Below are positions 35,618 through 47,207 of a stretch of DNA of 64,000 bases, one piece after another. Both the position numbers and the translations under genes were made by a program. The stretch's first letter is position 1. The number at the start of each line of letters is the position of its first letter. Below the pieces are notes generated by a model that saw only the letters and a list, made by a program, of their open reading frames with translations, had not been told where the DNA came from and searched no databases. Origin of the DNA: Azolla caroliniana (Eukaryota > Plantae > Polypodiophyta); assembly GCA_043228905.1 (NCBI GenBank), contig JBHGNT010000013.1, positions 2,852,001 to 2,916,000 on the forward strand, given 5' to 3'.

Positions 35618-36525
35618 TGTCGTGCCTTTCGGCTCCGGATCATTGTGTGAGTCGGGTGGGAACCGCTGAGGTTTTGGACTAGGAGAAAGAAGAATATGAG
35701 ATAAGGCTCCTTATGAATCGATTGCAAGAAAGAGAAATATTTTAAAGAAGATATGAAACTCATGAATCCCACGAGTATAGTGTATTAATTGATACTTAGA
35801 ATGTAAGAGAGAAATAGATGGGAAAACAAATGTGAATCCCACGAATATATTAGATTGATCCGAATCCTTGTAAAATAATCAACAACCTCTATACATCTTT
35901 CTCTCTTCCTTATATAGTGTTGGAAGAGTCTAAGTTTATCACATGCAAGCATCATGCTTTTCCTATCTTTAGTTTTCATGCACACTGCATGTGCATGATT
36001 AGCTTTCTATCTCATCTTTTCTTTTAACTCGAGTGTCTATGCATGAATAACTTTTTGTACCATGCATGTCTAGAAATTTTACATGGGATAAAGTTTAGTA
36101 TAACTTTAAAATTCATAATACACTAGTATAATGATAAGGCTTAACATTATTAACATGGAGGTGCAAGGTTCGAATCTTGCCCTATGCATGTAATATATAT
36201 TTTTATACTTTCTTCTATTTACAAATATGTCTCTTCATCCGGTGAGAGACTCTCACTGGCCTTCTTCATCCGGCTCTTTCCGGTTCTGCTTCATCCGGTG
36301 CTTGCTAGTTTTCTTTGTCTGGTTCTTACCAGGACCTCCTTACCGATCTCTTCGTCCATTTCTCACCGACTCTCACCGGCATTCTTCATCCGGCTCTTGC
36401 CGAGTCTCCTTACCGGTTTCGGTCCTTACCAGTTCCTTCTTCCGGTTCTCACCGGGTACTCCATGCCCTATCCGGAGAGACCAAAAATGTAATTTTTCAC
36501 GTAGTGTGCGAATTACACTACGACA
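35618..36525 (-). repeat. Solo Gypsy LTR J (same family as K) inserted in the RT of I
   Basis: TGTCGTAGTG...GGCACGACA, 4-bp TSD GCGT; removing it restores INYRRLNK in frame. Confidence 0.93.
36117..36204 (+). promoter_or_regulatory. tRNA-like Pol III A/B-box cassette in LTR J, with downstream T-run
   Basis: TAGTATAATGATAAG (36124)...GAGGTGCAAGGTTCGAATCTTGCC; T5 near 36200. Confidence 0.72.
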
Positions 36526-36822
36526 GCGTCTATAATTAATACACATATGCCATGTGCCCTCTTTCTTTTTTACCAAGAGAACAAGTGCACCCCATGGAGA
36601 TTTACTATAACCCATTCATAAATAGTCTTTGAGTTGCTTATATACCTCATCCTCTTCGGATCGACTTAAGCGATATGGAGGTATACTTATTGGTGCAACA
36701 CTAGGTACAATATCTATACGATGGTCTATATTATGTTTAGGAGGTAACCCATGTGGTAGTTCACTCAGAAAAACATCACGAAAATCATTAAAGATTTCAT
36801 CGAGTTGTTGTTGTTCAAATTA

Positions 36823-36975
36823 TGATAAACGTGAATATTCGAATCAAGTACACAATAAAATAAAGAAGAACAAGACAACTCGGATATTGATGGAGAGGAA
36901 ACAATTGAAAGAGATTCTTTATTTACAGATTGAATAAAATGAGTACAATCGTTTAGTACAAAGGTAATGGAATGG
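36823..36975 (-). repeat. Possible LTR end fragment between the protease and RT of I
   Basis: Non-coding, LTR-like composition, minus strand ends ...CACGTTTATCA; no partner copy in the window. Confidence 0.35.
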
Positions 36976-39388
36976 TGAACCCAATCAATAGATAAAGAAG
37001 ATTTTTTATTAAAAAACTAGGGATAACCCAGTATTATTTCAGTGGTACAAAGATTCATTACATGGAAGTCTACTTCCTCTATATAAGTATCAAAAGAAAT
37101 TCATAATGAATGAATCGCCCCATTGTATTGTACTCTTCCATCAGCCAACTGCACCTTATAGGTGTGATCAGTTACGGTGGGTTGGATTCCCCATATCTGA
37201 ACCAAACGATCATTCACAAAGTTGTGTGAGCTTCCCGAATCAAATAAAATGTGTATGGGAGATCGATTGATATAGCCGTTTGCACGAAGTAAATCATTGG
37301 GTCCCAATACATATTGAGGGAAAGAACATTTACAATTACGTAAAAAATGTGTATAGACCTAAAGAACATTAGGAATCTGACCTTTATGGTCTGCAGCTTT
37401 GGTTTTGTTGTCATGCTCTTTTCATTGGAGCTTTCGACATGCTCTTTTGTATGACCCTTCTTTTTGCAGAATACACAAAAAGGATGTTGTCGCTTACAAT
37501 CGCGATCAATGAATTTGTTGGGTGTCTTCTATTTCCCAACGAATTGCGACTGCTTAATCCCGACGCTTCGTTGGGTTTGTTACAGTCCTTCTTCAAAGTG
37601 CATTGATAGTGGAGGACTATTTCAACAGCCTCTTCGAAGGATTTGGGATCCTTATCGTGCACTATCCAGTGATAGTCCGAATTGGGGATGCCATTGACAA
37701 AACAAGCTATTAACAACTTGTCCCCTTCTAGACTCAATTTTTGGATTTGGGTTCTAGCATGGTGAACATAGTCTTCTAGTGAGGAAAACTTCCTGTTAAA
37801 GAGGTTCATTAAAGCTTGTGTTCCCTCGGTTCGAGATGGAGGTTGTAGAAATTGACCCTTAAAAATTGTGACAAAGTCTGTCCAAGTATTAGGCAATTTC
37901 CCCGTAGTGTGGAGCCCACGCCACCAGGTGGCGGACTTACCCCCTAGTTCTCGACCAACATATGCAATCTTTGTACTATCTGGCTTGGGATAGAGCTCAA
38001 AATGAGACGCCCATCGGCCCAACCACGTGCAAATTACTTCTTTAGTTCTTTCCTTTTTTTCTCCCGTAAATGGCTTTACGACATATGATGGTTCACCTTG
38101 ATGCTCATTGGGTCTATTAGTATCATGTTGTAAACTAAGGACACGTGCCTCGAGAGCACTATGAGAATCCCAAAGTTCGGTTATCTGATGCAAGGTTGAA
38201 TTAAGGAAATTTTGTATTTGTAGAAAATACGAGTCAATGGGGATTGGCCCAAGAGAATTTCCTTGATTTCCTTCCGCTTGTGCGAATGCCATCGGGTTGT
38301 TATTATGAGCCATTGAATGATCATTTCTAGCAAAGAAATAAGATAAGGTCAATCAAATAGTCATAACATTATGTCATGATGTAAACATATCATGGGCAAA
38401 CATTAATCAATATCATGATCTCACGTCAATACCCCTCTAGACGTATGAGATAAGGTTCAAGATAAGGTTACTATGGTAACACAAAGGTGTTTTAAAAACC
38501 ATGGGGGTGACAAATGAATGTATTTCCTTGATCTCTATATTGATTTTTCATGGCGGCTCCCTAAGGCTCAACCATGTATGTTTGCATCATGAATAGTTTA
38601 AACACGAAAAAATGTTAACAATAAACTATGTCTCTATCCCAAGCATGTGGTTTCGACTCTTTTAAGTCCTATTATGAGGGCCCCGAAGTGCACTTAGACC
38701 TAAAATCTAAACATGTGTTATAGTCATATGTATCAACAATATTGTATGGTCTTGGTCATATTTGAACATGAAACCTCGAGAATAAATGCATTAAACACTT
38801 GAGCTAACCAAATAGGTTGCTCATGCTGAATGTTTAATATTTTATGCATATTATAGATATGCAAAGCCATTTTCCCATATATGTTTTTTAAAAGAAAACA
38901 TATATGTCAAGAGTCCTTATTTCCCCCTCCTTTACTACAAAACTATGTTGGTACATTACCTAACCTGAAGTCTCATAATTATGATGGCATACGGCAAAGT
39001 GCAACCTAATGGTCAAGCCAATTATTATCACTACAACATAATTGAATCAATATAAAAAATTACATATTGACTATACATGATTAGATTGGGAGAAGAAAGA
39101 AATAGAAAAGAATAAGAAAGAGTTACTGAAGTTCCTTTGTTGATAGCTATCTGGATCAAACTTGATTGTACATCAATCAATCGCCATCCAACAAGAAAAA
39201 AACAATCAACAAATGAAACATTAGAAGCATGGCTCGGATACCAATTGTTTGAGCTATGGTCTAAAGTAAACATATGATAAGGATATAATAGATATAAAAT
39301 AAGAAAGGAGAGAGAGAAAGAAGGGTGTTGATCCACCCAACCACCCCCGAGCAAAGGGATTGAGACGGACTCGAGCCTCGATCGGCGT

Positions 39389-40778
39389 TGTCATGATGTG
39401 GCATGCTCGAGTGTGGGAAAAACCGGCGAAAGGGGGGTCAAAATGTGCATGTGCAATGTGTGTGCACACAAAGGCAATTAGTTGTGCACATACAAAAGAA
39501 AAGCGAAAAGGAAGGGTGAAAAGGAGGTATAGGGTTTCGTGTAAAAAGTAAGAGAGAGGAGAGGTGAAAAGTAGGGAGGAGAGAGAGTATGGTTTTCTAG
39601 ATGTTTACTTATTATATAAATATTAGGAAGTGAAAGGGCTAGTGGATAGATGTACTATCCCCTAACTTAAGGTACATGGTTTAAGTCCAAGTAGAGGGTG
39701 CAGCGTGATTTAAGGAATTTTATTCCTTTTGTATTGAAGGGACGACGTGGGGAACTCTTTCTTTTTTTAACTATATAAAAAGGTCGAGAGGGGCTCATTA
39801 GGGTTGGCCATTTTTGGGGGTTTGAGAGGTAGTTAGGGCTTGGGGAATTATCTTCTTCTCTTCAATTTCTAGGGTTTTCTAGGGTTTTGGAGATGGCACC
39901 ATTAGGGTTTCGGTTTTAGGGTTTTCTTGTTGACGTAGACCTCTACCTTCTCTTGGGTTTAGGGTGAATGAGTTCTTTCTCGTCTTCTTCTAGCTAGGGT
40001 TTAGGGTTTCAATACTTCTTCTTTTCTTGCTCATTTGTTTTTATGGGTTCTTGATCTCTCTCATTGACATTCTCATCTTGAGGTGTGTCCGTGGCCTTGT
40101 GATGGTGTTGGTGCTCATGAGCCCGAGGCTCGTTGGTCCGGCGTAGCTTCACTCCGTTCGTCGTTGCGAGCCCATGTGCTCGTCGTACAGGTGGTTCTCG
40201 GTCCATGGTGTTGGTGCCCGCGTTTGTCGTCGCGAGTCCGTGAGCTCGCCGTTCGCGTGGTTCGAGGTTTATGGTGTTGGTGTCGTCGGCTCTCGTGGTA
40301 CATGGTTCTCGATTCATGTGGTGTGCTCATGCTCTCGTTGTATTCGAGATTATGCTTGGTGTGCTCGTGTTTCGTGGTCATCGTCGTCACGAATTCCCAT
40401 TTCCATCCCTCTCCATTGTAATCAAACCTTGTTTTATAAAGGGCTTTCACTTTGAGATGGTCACCATTTTGTTGTTTTGGGTAGACCATTAGGGTTTCAT
40501 TCTTCTCCTACTTTACTATTCGGTTAGGGTTTCGTCTAGTTATGCTTGAGTCAGTGTATATGGCCACGATTGTAAATCATTGTGTGTCTTGGTAATGGAA
40601 TTTGCTTGGTGAAACTTGGCTCGGTCTAGCCATTCTCTTGTCAATCTTCGCGCCTTGTTCTTCCTCTTTTGTGCTTAAAAGCTCGTAAGGGTTAAGCTCC
40701 CACTTCCCCTCTTACTCCCTAGTCCCAGACCCCGGTGGTCCCGCCTAATCTTACACGCATGCGCGGATTTCCGCGATA
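39389..40778 (+). repeat. Solo LTR O (1.39 kb) inserted in the 5' LTR of I
   Basis: TGTCATG...CGCGATA, 4-bp TSD GCGT, absent from the 3' LTR of I (empty site near 32966). Strand inferred from the TATA at 39772. Confidence 0.82.
39628..39700 (+). promoter_or_regulatory. Decayed tRNA-like A/B-box cassette in LTR O
   Basis: GGGCTAGTGGATAG...AAGGTACATGGTTTAAGTCC (GGTTCGAGTCC with CpG decay); same spacing as the other copies. Confidence 0.55.
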
Positions 40779-43700
40779 GCGTCCGATACCATCATCATGG
40801 CGTCAAGTCTTACCTAATGTTGGCACGTTGTCGCGAAGATGCATGTGCATGCATGCTTTGCTTGAACAGGACCATTATGGTCTTAGAACAAGGGGGATGT
40901 CCATCAAGTTATTGAGAAGAGGACGATGTGAATGTAAGATTTGAGGAAATAATGTTACATTTGACAAGATCGAAAATTTGTACACTCGAGAAGAAGTTAA
41001 ACAAGAATAATATTATATTGATGGTGATGATAATGATATCACATATTGAGCCCCCCCTTACACACGCCTTACGAGGGTTTTTATAGGTCTATCCATGCTT
41101 CTAACATGCACAAAACCATGGGCTTGGACCCATGGTTTTTGGGCACACAGTTTTTCTTGTGGCATATACAAAACCATGGGCTTGGAACCATAGTTTCGTG
41201 GACACGGTTTTGTACGGTTATTTCCTATGCCTTTTGAATATGAATTTAGAAATACATAGCATTTAAAGTACTTGGTAGTAGCCCTAATGGTAAGATAAAT
41301 GTCTTCTATCTTACACCTCTCTATATGCACTCGAATGCCATTAGGCCCTATGTTAATTTTCATATTTATAAGTGTTTGTGTAATGTGCGTGGAACCACAC
41401 TATTTCACAATTTCTCCCACTGGACACGCAACATCACGACGTCCACCCCCACCAAACTGCATATCCTCCGGCATGTGCCAAGAAGAAAAGAGTGATGTGG
41501 CACCACATTGTCAGAGTCTCGACGTAGTCGATAATGTGTCAAATGAGGTTAGCTAGGCCTCATATTTATAGCCAGACCTAAGGCCCCCGAGCAATTTCAC
41601 ACTTGGCGTAATGGGTTGTCTCAATCCCGAGTATTAAAAGTAATCCTCCTCTTCTTTACACTCTCGTTTAACCCTCACACTTTATCCACGTGTATAGAAT
41701 ACTCGAATAAATTCTCACCACGGGATATTATATGGTAATGCCCATAACAATAATGCTTTTTGTGTTGCTTTTGTGCCCCCATGTCTAACGGGGGGTTCAG
41801 AGGCCCCCAATTATCAACAGGGAAGGGATTGCGAACTTTCCTTATTAAATTCATGTAGCACCAAATTCACATTAGACAATGCTTCATTACTTTTAGGAGA
41901 AAACTCTTAATGTGTGTTCTCAAACTACATTTAAGAAAGGTTTTTTAATAAACATGCCTTCTAACTCATTGCTTGGCTCAAACCAACAATCTTAATATCA
42001 TGAAACCGAGATGTGCGACCATGTTTGTATTTTTAGAATTTTCTTATGGTACATCTCTCGATTGAAACTAGGATATAGAATTGCATTAGTTTGCAATGAT
42101 AAAAATTATTTTTCTGTATTTGACTTGATTTTTACCATATCAAGCACTTATTCACTTGCGATCAATCATTTATTGTTGAAGTCACACATGGTCAATGGTT
42201 TCTTATGATAACAATGTTAAAATCATATGTGGTCGATGGTTTTTTTACTATAATAATATTGAAGCAAACAATTATGAAACTGTCATGTTTTCATCATGAT
42301 GACTGGTGTTATGGACAAGTTATTCTAAGAAAGTGGGAGCCAAATATCCAAAAGAATTCCATGAACCAAAACATATGAATCCAAGCTTTTGTCAGGATAC
42401 AAGAGTATATGTAGCATTTTCGTTTGAGTCATTTGTAAGCAAAGGAATCATTAAAGTTTAATATTTCATGTAAGTTTCACCCTAATATTTAGTTACAATC
42501 AAGAATCCAATGGTGAACACTATAAAATCTGATAATTATTAATGTAGATCAAATCATTTTACTCTTATCATATTTGATATGGTATGTTGGAGTTGATAAT
42601 ATGCCGAACATTATCCTCATAGAATGCTAATGGCCATTTTTCTTCCAAACAATAATTTACCTACATAGCATGTTGATCTACATAAATTAATGTTTCTATC
42701 TTTACTTTGATGGGCAACTTTTGTCTTTTTATCGAATCATGTGTATAATATGTGCAACTTATGAGGTCATTACAAAAAGGGGATTTAGAGTAACGTTAAA
42801 ATGATAAAGTGTCCATTCAAAAGTATTAGGGTAACCTTTTAACTCACCTTGATTCAAGTATTATCATTGGTAATTGTCCCACGTCTATCAAATTTATCAT
42901 ATGGTATATTTCAAGTCATATCATATGAAAGCCTGCTCTCCATTTGACTCCTTTGATAGACAACAAGCCATGCATTCCACATTTTTTAATAAATACGAAA
43001 ATACAAATTCTATTGTTCTATTTTACTTTATTTGCAAATTATAGTGGGTCAACTTTTGATAATAACATTCACCAATTTGGCATTGAAATGGTTCCATAAT
43101 TCCAATAAGCACTTGAATACTTAAAGACATTAGATATTAATAATGCTTATTGAGGGTGTTCAAATCCGAATGACTCAACATTGTGATCCAGAATTATGCT
43201 TTGATTATTAGGCTATTGAAGATGCTTGTAACAAAGCAATAGATACACATAAAATGTTCTAAGATAATGAGGAATAATCCTGTCAAACACATGCAATGGT
43301 GGTGTTAATATCAATTATTTACGAATAATGATTGATAAAGCACACACATAGAAACACAACCAATATGCAACAATGTAGAATTTCATCGCATCCTTTTGTG
43401 AGATAGTTGTCCTCTTTGTGTGTTGGATCCGTTGGTAACTAAATTTTTGAACATTAAATAAATATGTTGGTATTATACTCTGTGTATCATGTTATATCGA
43501 AGCATACCTTGCAACATGAGCCTTGCTTTTTTCTCAATATAGTGATGCATACCTCATTGTGCTTGCATAATTATGATTGTTTGACATACAAAAATGCACA
43601 CACGAGCATACACATTAAGCATAAGGAATTATAATTTGTGAGCTTATCCGACAATGGAGCTTGCTCACAGTGTGAAGCTCATGCCCATGTTGTGCCCAGT

Positions 43701-44617
43701 GAACCTTAAACCTATCAACCAAAGGTTATGAAGCATAGATGACTAGACAATCATGACGTCCATGATTTTTTTAATTTCATTTACATGTGAATCGTATCAT
43801 GTAAAGGCAAGGTGTTTTTCATTAAGAATATTGGTCGACACGCTAGAAAAAAATAAACATACATGAACAAAGAAGGTCCATGATATGGTTTTATCGAAGA
43901 TTTTGAATCTTGTCAATTTGTCTGTCACCATAATGAATTCCCCAAACTTTGGTATACTATGATGTATATTGAAAAGCATCCTTTGCTTATCTCACTATAC
44001 CCATGCACAACCAAAATTTGAGATAACTTGTACCACATAAGCTTTAGTATCATCAAAATTTCCCATGGTATTAAACCTTGAAGTTATCATCATTTGTATT
44101 TTCTCAACTATTATAAGTGATATTAAAAGTCACGTCAATTATCGTCCGGTGAGTGACAAAGTCACACTTCAGCAATTAAGAAATGTGTGTGGATGTAGGT
44201 TCTTCATACATGATTTTCATGATCAATTTTGACGTTTCTCATATTTCGTAAATTTGCTAACGACGTTTTCAATACATATTTACTTTCTTAGGCCTCGATG
44301 GTGGTGCAATTTCTCACACCGAAAAATAAATCAATGACAATGGTTGTTCTTTATGCAAGCAAAACTTTTAAAATTAAGAAATCCAACCCATCCAAATGAG
44401 TGTCACGAGAACCGAGATATGTAGTAGAGCTTAATGACAAATAACTAGGGCAAGAGTTTGATGAGTGCCATGCGCATCAAAGGCCATTTTACCCATAAAA
44501 AACATACACCCAATAAAAATGTTTATCAAGTGACATATAAAGTTGAAATTTCCATTTTCATGTGAAAGACCCCCAAAAATTATACATGTCAAATGACATG
44601 TTAAAATTCTATTTTCC

Positions 44618-44622
<5 letters not shown>

Positions 44623-44649
<27 letters not shown>
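44623..44649. repeat. (TA)n microsatellite
   Basis: Seen directly; a second (TA)n at 55198-55221 lies on the other side of L1 M. Confidence 0.9.
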
Positions 44650-45127
44650 CCACATATAAATATATGCATATACTATATACTATGAAGTGTGTTCCGACGA
44701 CCTCAATCTCCTTTCCACTCTTGCTTTCGACTCAGGAAGATTGGTTGGAATCCAAGATTAAAGATATGTTATGTAACCAAGCAATGTGCTTTGTAGCACA
44801 AATAAGAGATGAAGAGCTCATGAATGAACTAAAGCAACATTGGCATAACACTGAATTCTGGTGCACCATGGATGAAGAGGACCCCCATCTTTGCCACATC
44901 CACCTGCAGACTATCATAAACACCCAACTAACTCCAAGCTTTGTCTATTTCTATGAGAAGCATGAAGGGGCGATTGAAGCCCACAAGATAGCCCACAAAC
45001 TCCACTCATGGATGTGGACCACTATTCCATCCCTGGAAATGTCTGGATGTCTGAATGGTGAGTGCTCCCCACTCATGACCTGTTGTACAAAGCACCAGGC
45101 ACAACTGGCAACCTCCCACCCCATTCC

Positions 45128-46741
45128 ATGAGTATGAAGATTATAACATGGAACGTGGAAGGACTCAGAAGTAGACTAGACCAACAAAATAGATGGAAAC
45201 TGAGAAGGGATCTTGAAGAACATTTACTAGGGAGTGGTGCTGACATCATCATGTTGCAGGAACACCACCTCGATAGCACACAGTTAAAGGAAGTCGGAGA
45301 CCTTCTACCAGGATCATGGCGAACGATTTGGGAGCCAACAATTGGGGAGGATGGAAATCATGGTGGTATTCGCACTTTGATTCGGGAACATCTAGCCCAA
45401 GGATTAATACACCAAGAATCACTTATACCTGGTAGGGCACATTTTTGCACACTGACCATCCAAGGGCAATGATGGAACTTCATGAATGTTTATGCTCCAA
45501 ACAACAGAACAGAAAGAGCAACATTTTGGGACCACATCCGCCTACAAGTAGTGGGTGCGGAAGAGTGGTGCATTGGAGGGGATTTTAATATGATCGAATC
45601 CATTCATGATAGTTCCAACAACCCCCCCATAGTCCTACAAGGAAGGGAACGTAAACAATGGGAGAAGCTATGTGTCCACCTTAACCTGCGAGACATCTGG
45701 CATTCTGCCAACTTCCAACGAAAAAGGGACTCTCTCCTATTCTCCCGATCAGACGGGCGGAATAGTGGACCCACCCTATCTCGCATTGACCGCATTTATG
45801 TGGGGGAGGCTTTAGAAGCGAAGGGAGGGTGGTGTCGCATAACTCCAGGCACGAATTTCTCTGACCATTACCTAGTAGTTGGTCGTTTTCAATTGCACCG
45901 AAAATGGGGCCCATTCCAGACTCGCATCCCACACACTATTTACACACTTATAGATGTGAAGGACCAACTATCCAACCAATGGTCATTACCCGTCAATGGC
46001 TCATCAACATCAGACAAACTTTTAGCTAAATAAACAAGAGCCTCTACTCTCCTACATGAGATTGTCAAGACCAGACGCAAGGATGCTCAGGAGAAGCGAC
46101 AGAGGACAAAACGGGGACTAGTAGCCTTACAACGCCTCCAACAGAGATACCCATCCTGTAGTTGGATCGCATGACAAGTCGCCACGGCCAAACAGGAACT
46201 TAGCATGGCAGAAAAGGCAATATATGACATGGAGTTTCATGGCAGCATCGCGCGATGGATTCGAGTAGGGGACAAAACCACAAAGGAATTCTTCCGCTCC
46301 AAAGGCCCGAGGCACGCTAGAATTGTGATGCGCAGCCTCAACCGGGAGGATGGAACAACCACTGAGGATGGCGACGAAATGAGGAATATTGCCACAAGGT
46401 ATTATAGCCGCCTACTTACTGAAGACATGATTGCTACAGAGGAAGACATAAGCGATGATATTATCCTCCAAAGCATACCCGAGAAAGTCACACCGGAAAT
46501 GAATACCTGGCTTGTGCGTCCTCTATCAATCATTGAGATATGGGAGGCCCTCACTGATTTAGATGCTGAGAGCTGCCCCGGAATTGACGGTCTCACCCCG
46601 CACTTTTTCACATGCCTTTGGGGCACTATTAAAGAAGACCTCCTCCAAGCATATGAGGAGATCATCACCTCTGGAAGCATGCCGGAGGAATTTGGACAGG
46701 GGATGATACATCTCATTCCTAAAAGTGGTGGGAATGCCAAC
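45128..46741 (+). pseudogene. L1 M ORF2 N-terminal part (endonuclease and linker)
   Basis: Single frame with in-frame stops; ends LIPKSGGNAN at the insertion site. Confidence 0.9.
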
Positions 46742-46829
46742 TGTCAGGAATAGTACTAAGCAGAGATGGAATTAGTACTAAAGAAGAGCAGTACTATTAG
46801 TACTAAGAGGACGGGACTACGTAAGACTC

Positions 46830-46864
<35 letters not shown>

Positions 46865-47120
46865 AAAGAGAGATAGCGAGGATGAGAGAGAGAGATGATG
46901 ATGATGATAACAGCCAATATATTATGTGAAGGATAAGTACAAAATGGCTAAGAGGCTTAAGACTGGCGTTGAACCAATTTGGTTCAAAACAATGCCTTGT
47001 GCCTCCTTTTATAGTGTTTTTAGGAATAATCCTGAAGCTTCTAGAATGTTCCAGAGAGATCTGGAATATACATCAATTTTTTATGATAAAGCATAAATGA
47101 AAATAATATCCTACAAATTA

Positions 47121-47190
47121 CAATTCATAGTCTAATGGTAAGAGCTCGACCCATGTAGCATAAGGTCATGGGTTCGAGTCTTGCCATATC
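47121..47190 (+). promoter_or_regulatory. tRNA-like Pol III A/B-box cassette in the 3' LTR of L
   Basis: TAGTCTAATGGTAAG (47128)...AAGGTCATGGGTTCGAGTCTTGCC. Confidence 0.78.
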
Positions 47191-47207
47191 ATGACACTAT
47201 CTCCCCC

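Larger units (their letters stand above)
33290..38313 (-). pseudogene. Gypsy gag-pol of I (degenerate, interrupted)
   Basis: gag 37411-38313, ILFDSGSSHNFV protease, KLDLRTGYHQ/FLDD RT, ETDASDY RNase H, SISMDFI integrase, GPF/HPVFHV, decayed chromodomain DATW. Confidence 0.9.
32827..41749 (-). mobile_element. Ty3/Gypsy chromovirus I (old), host of solo LTRs J and O
   Basis: 3' LTR 32827-33270, 5' LTR 39246-41749 (expanded), perfect TSD ATAAT, PBS TGGTATCCGAGC 39232-39243, PPT 33271-33282. Confidence 0.93.

Noticed and set aside
40009-40492. Overlapping ORFs in solo LTR O
   Set aside because: They arise from a GC-rich ~66-bp degenerate repeat and show no protein signature.
41755-44436. Decayed spliced host gene or transposase in the AT-rich interval (also 16291-16546 and 32592-32821)
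   Set aside because: Some exon-like patches, but no motif or sustained frame I can support without a translated search.
47121-47190. Calling the tRNA-like cassettes functional tRNA genes
   Set aside because: Acceptor, anticodon and T stems do not pair properly; only the promoter boxes and their spacing are retained.
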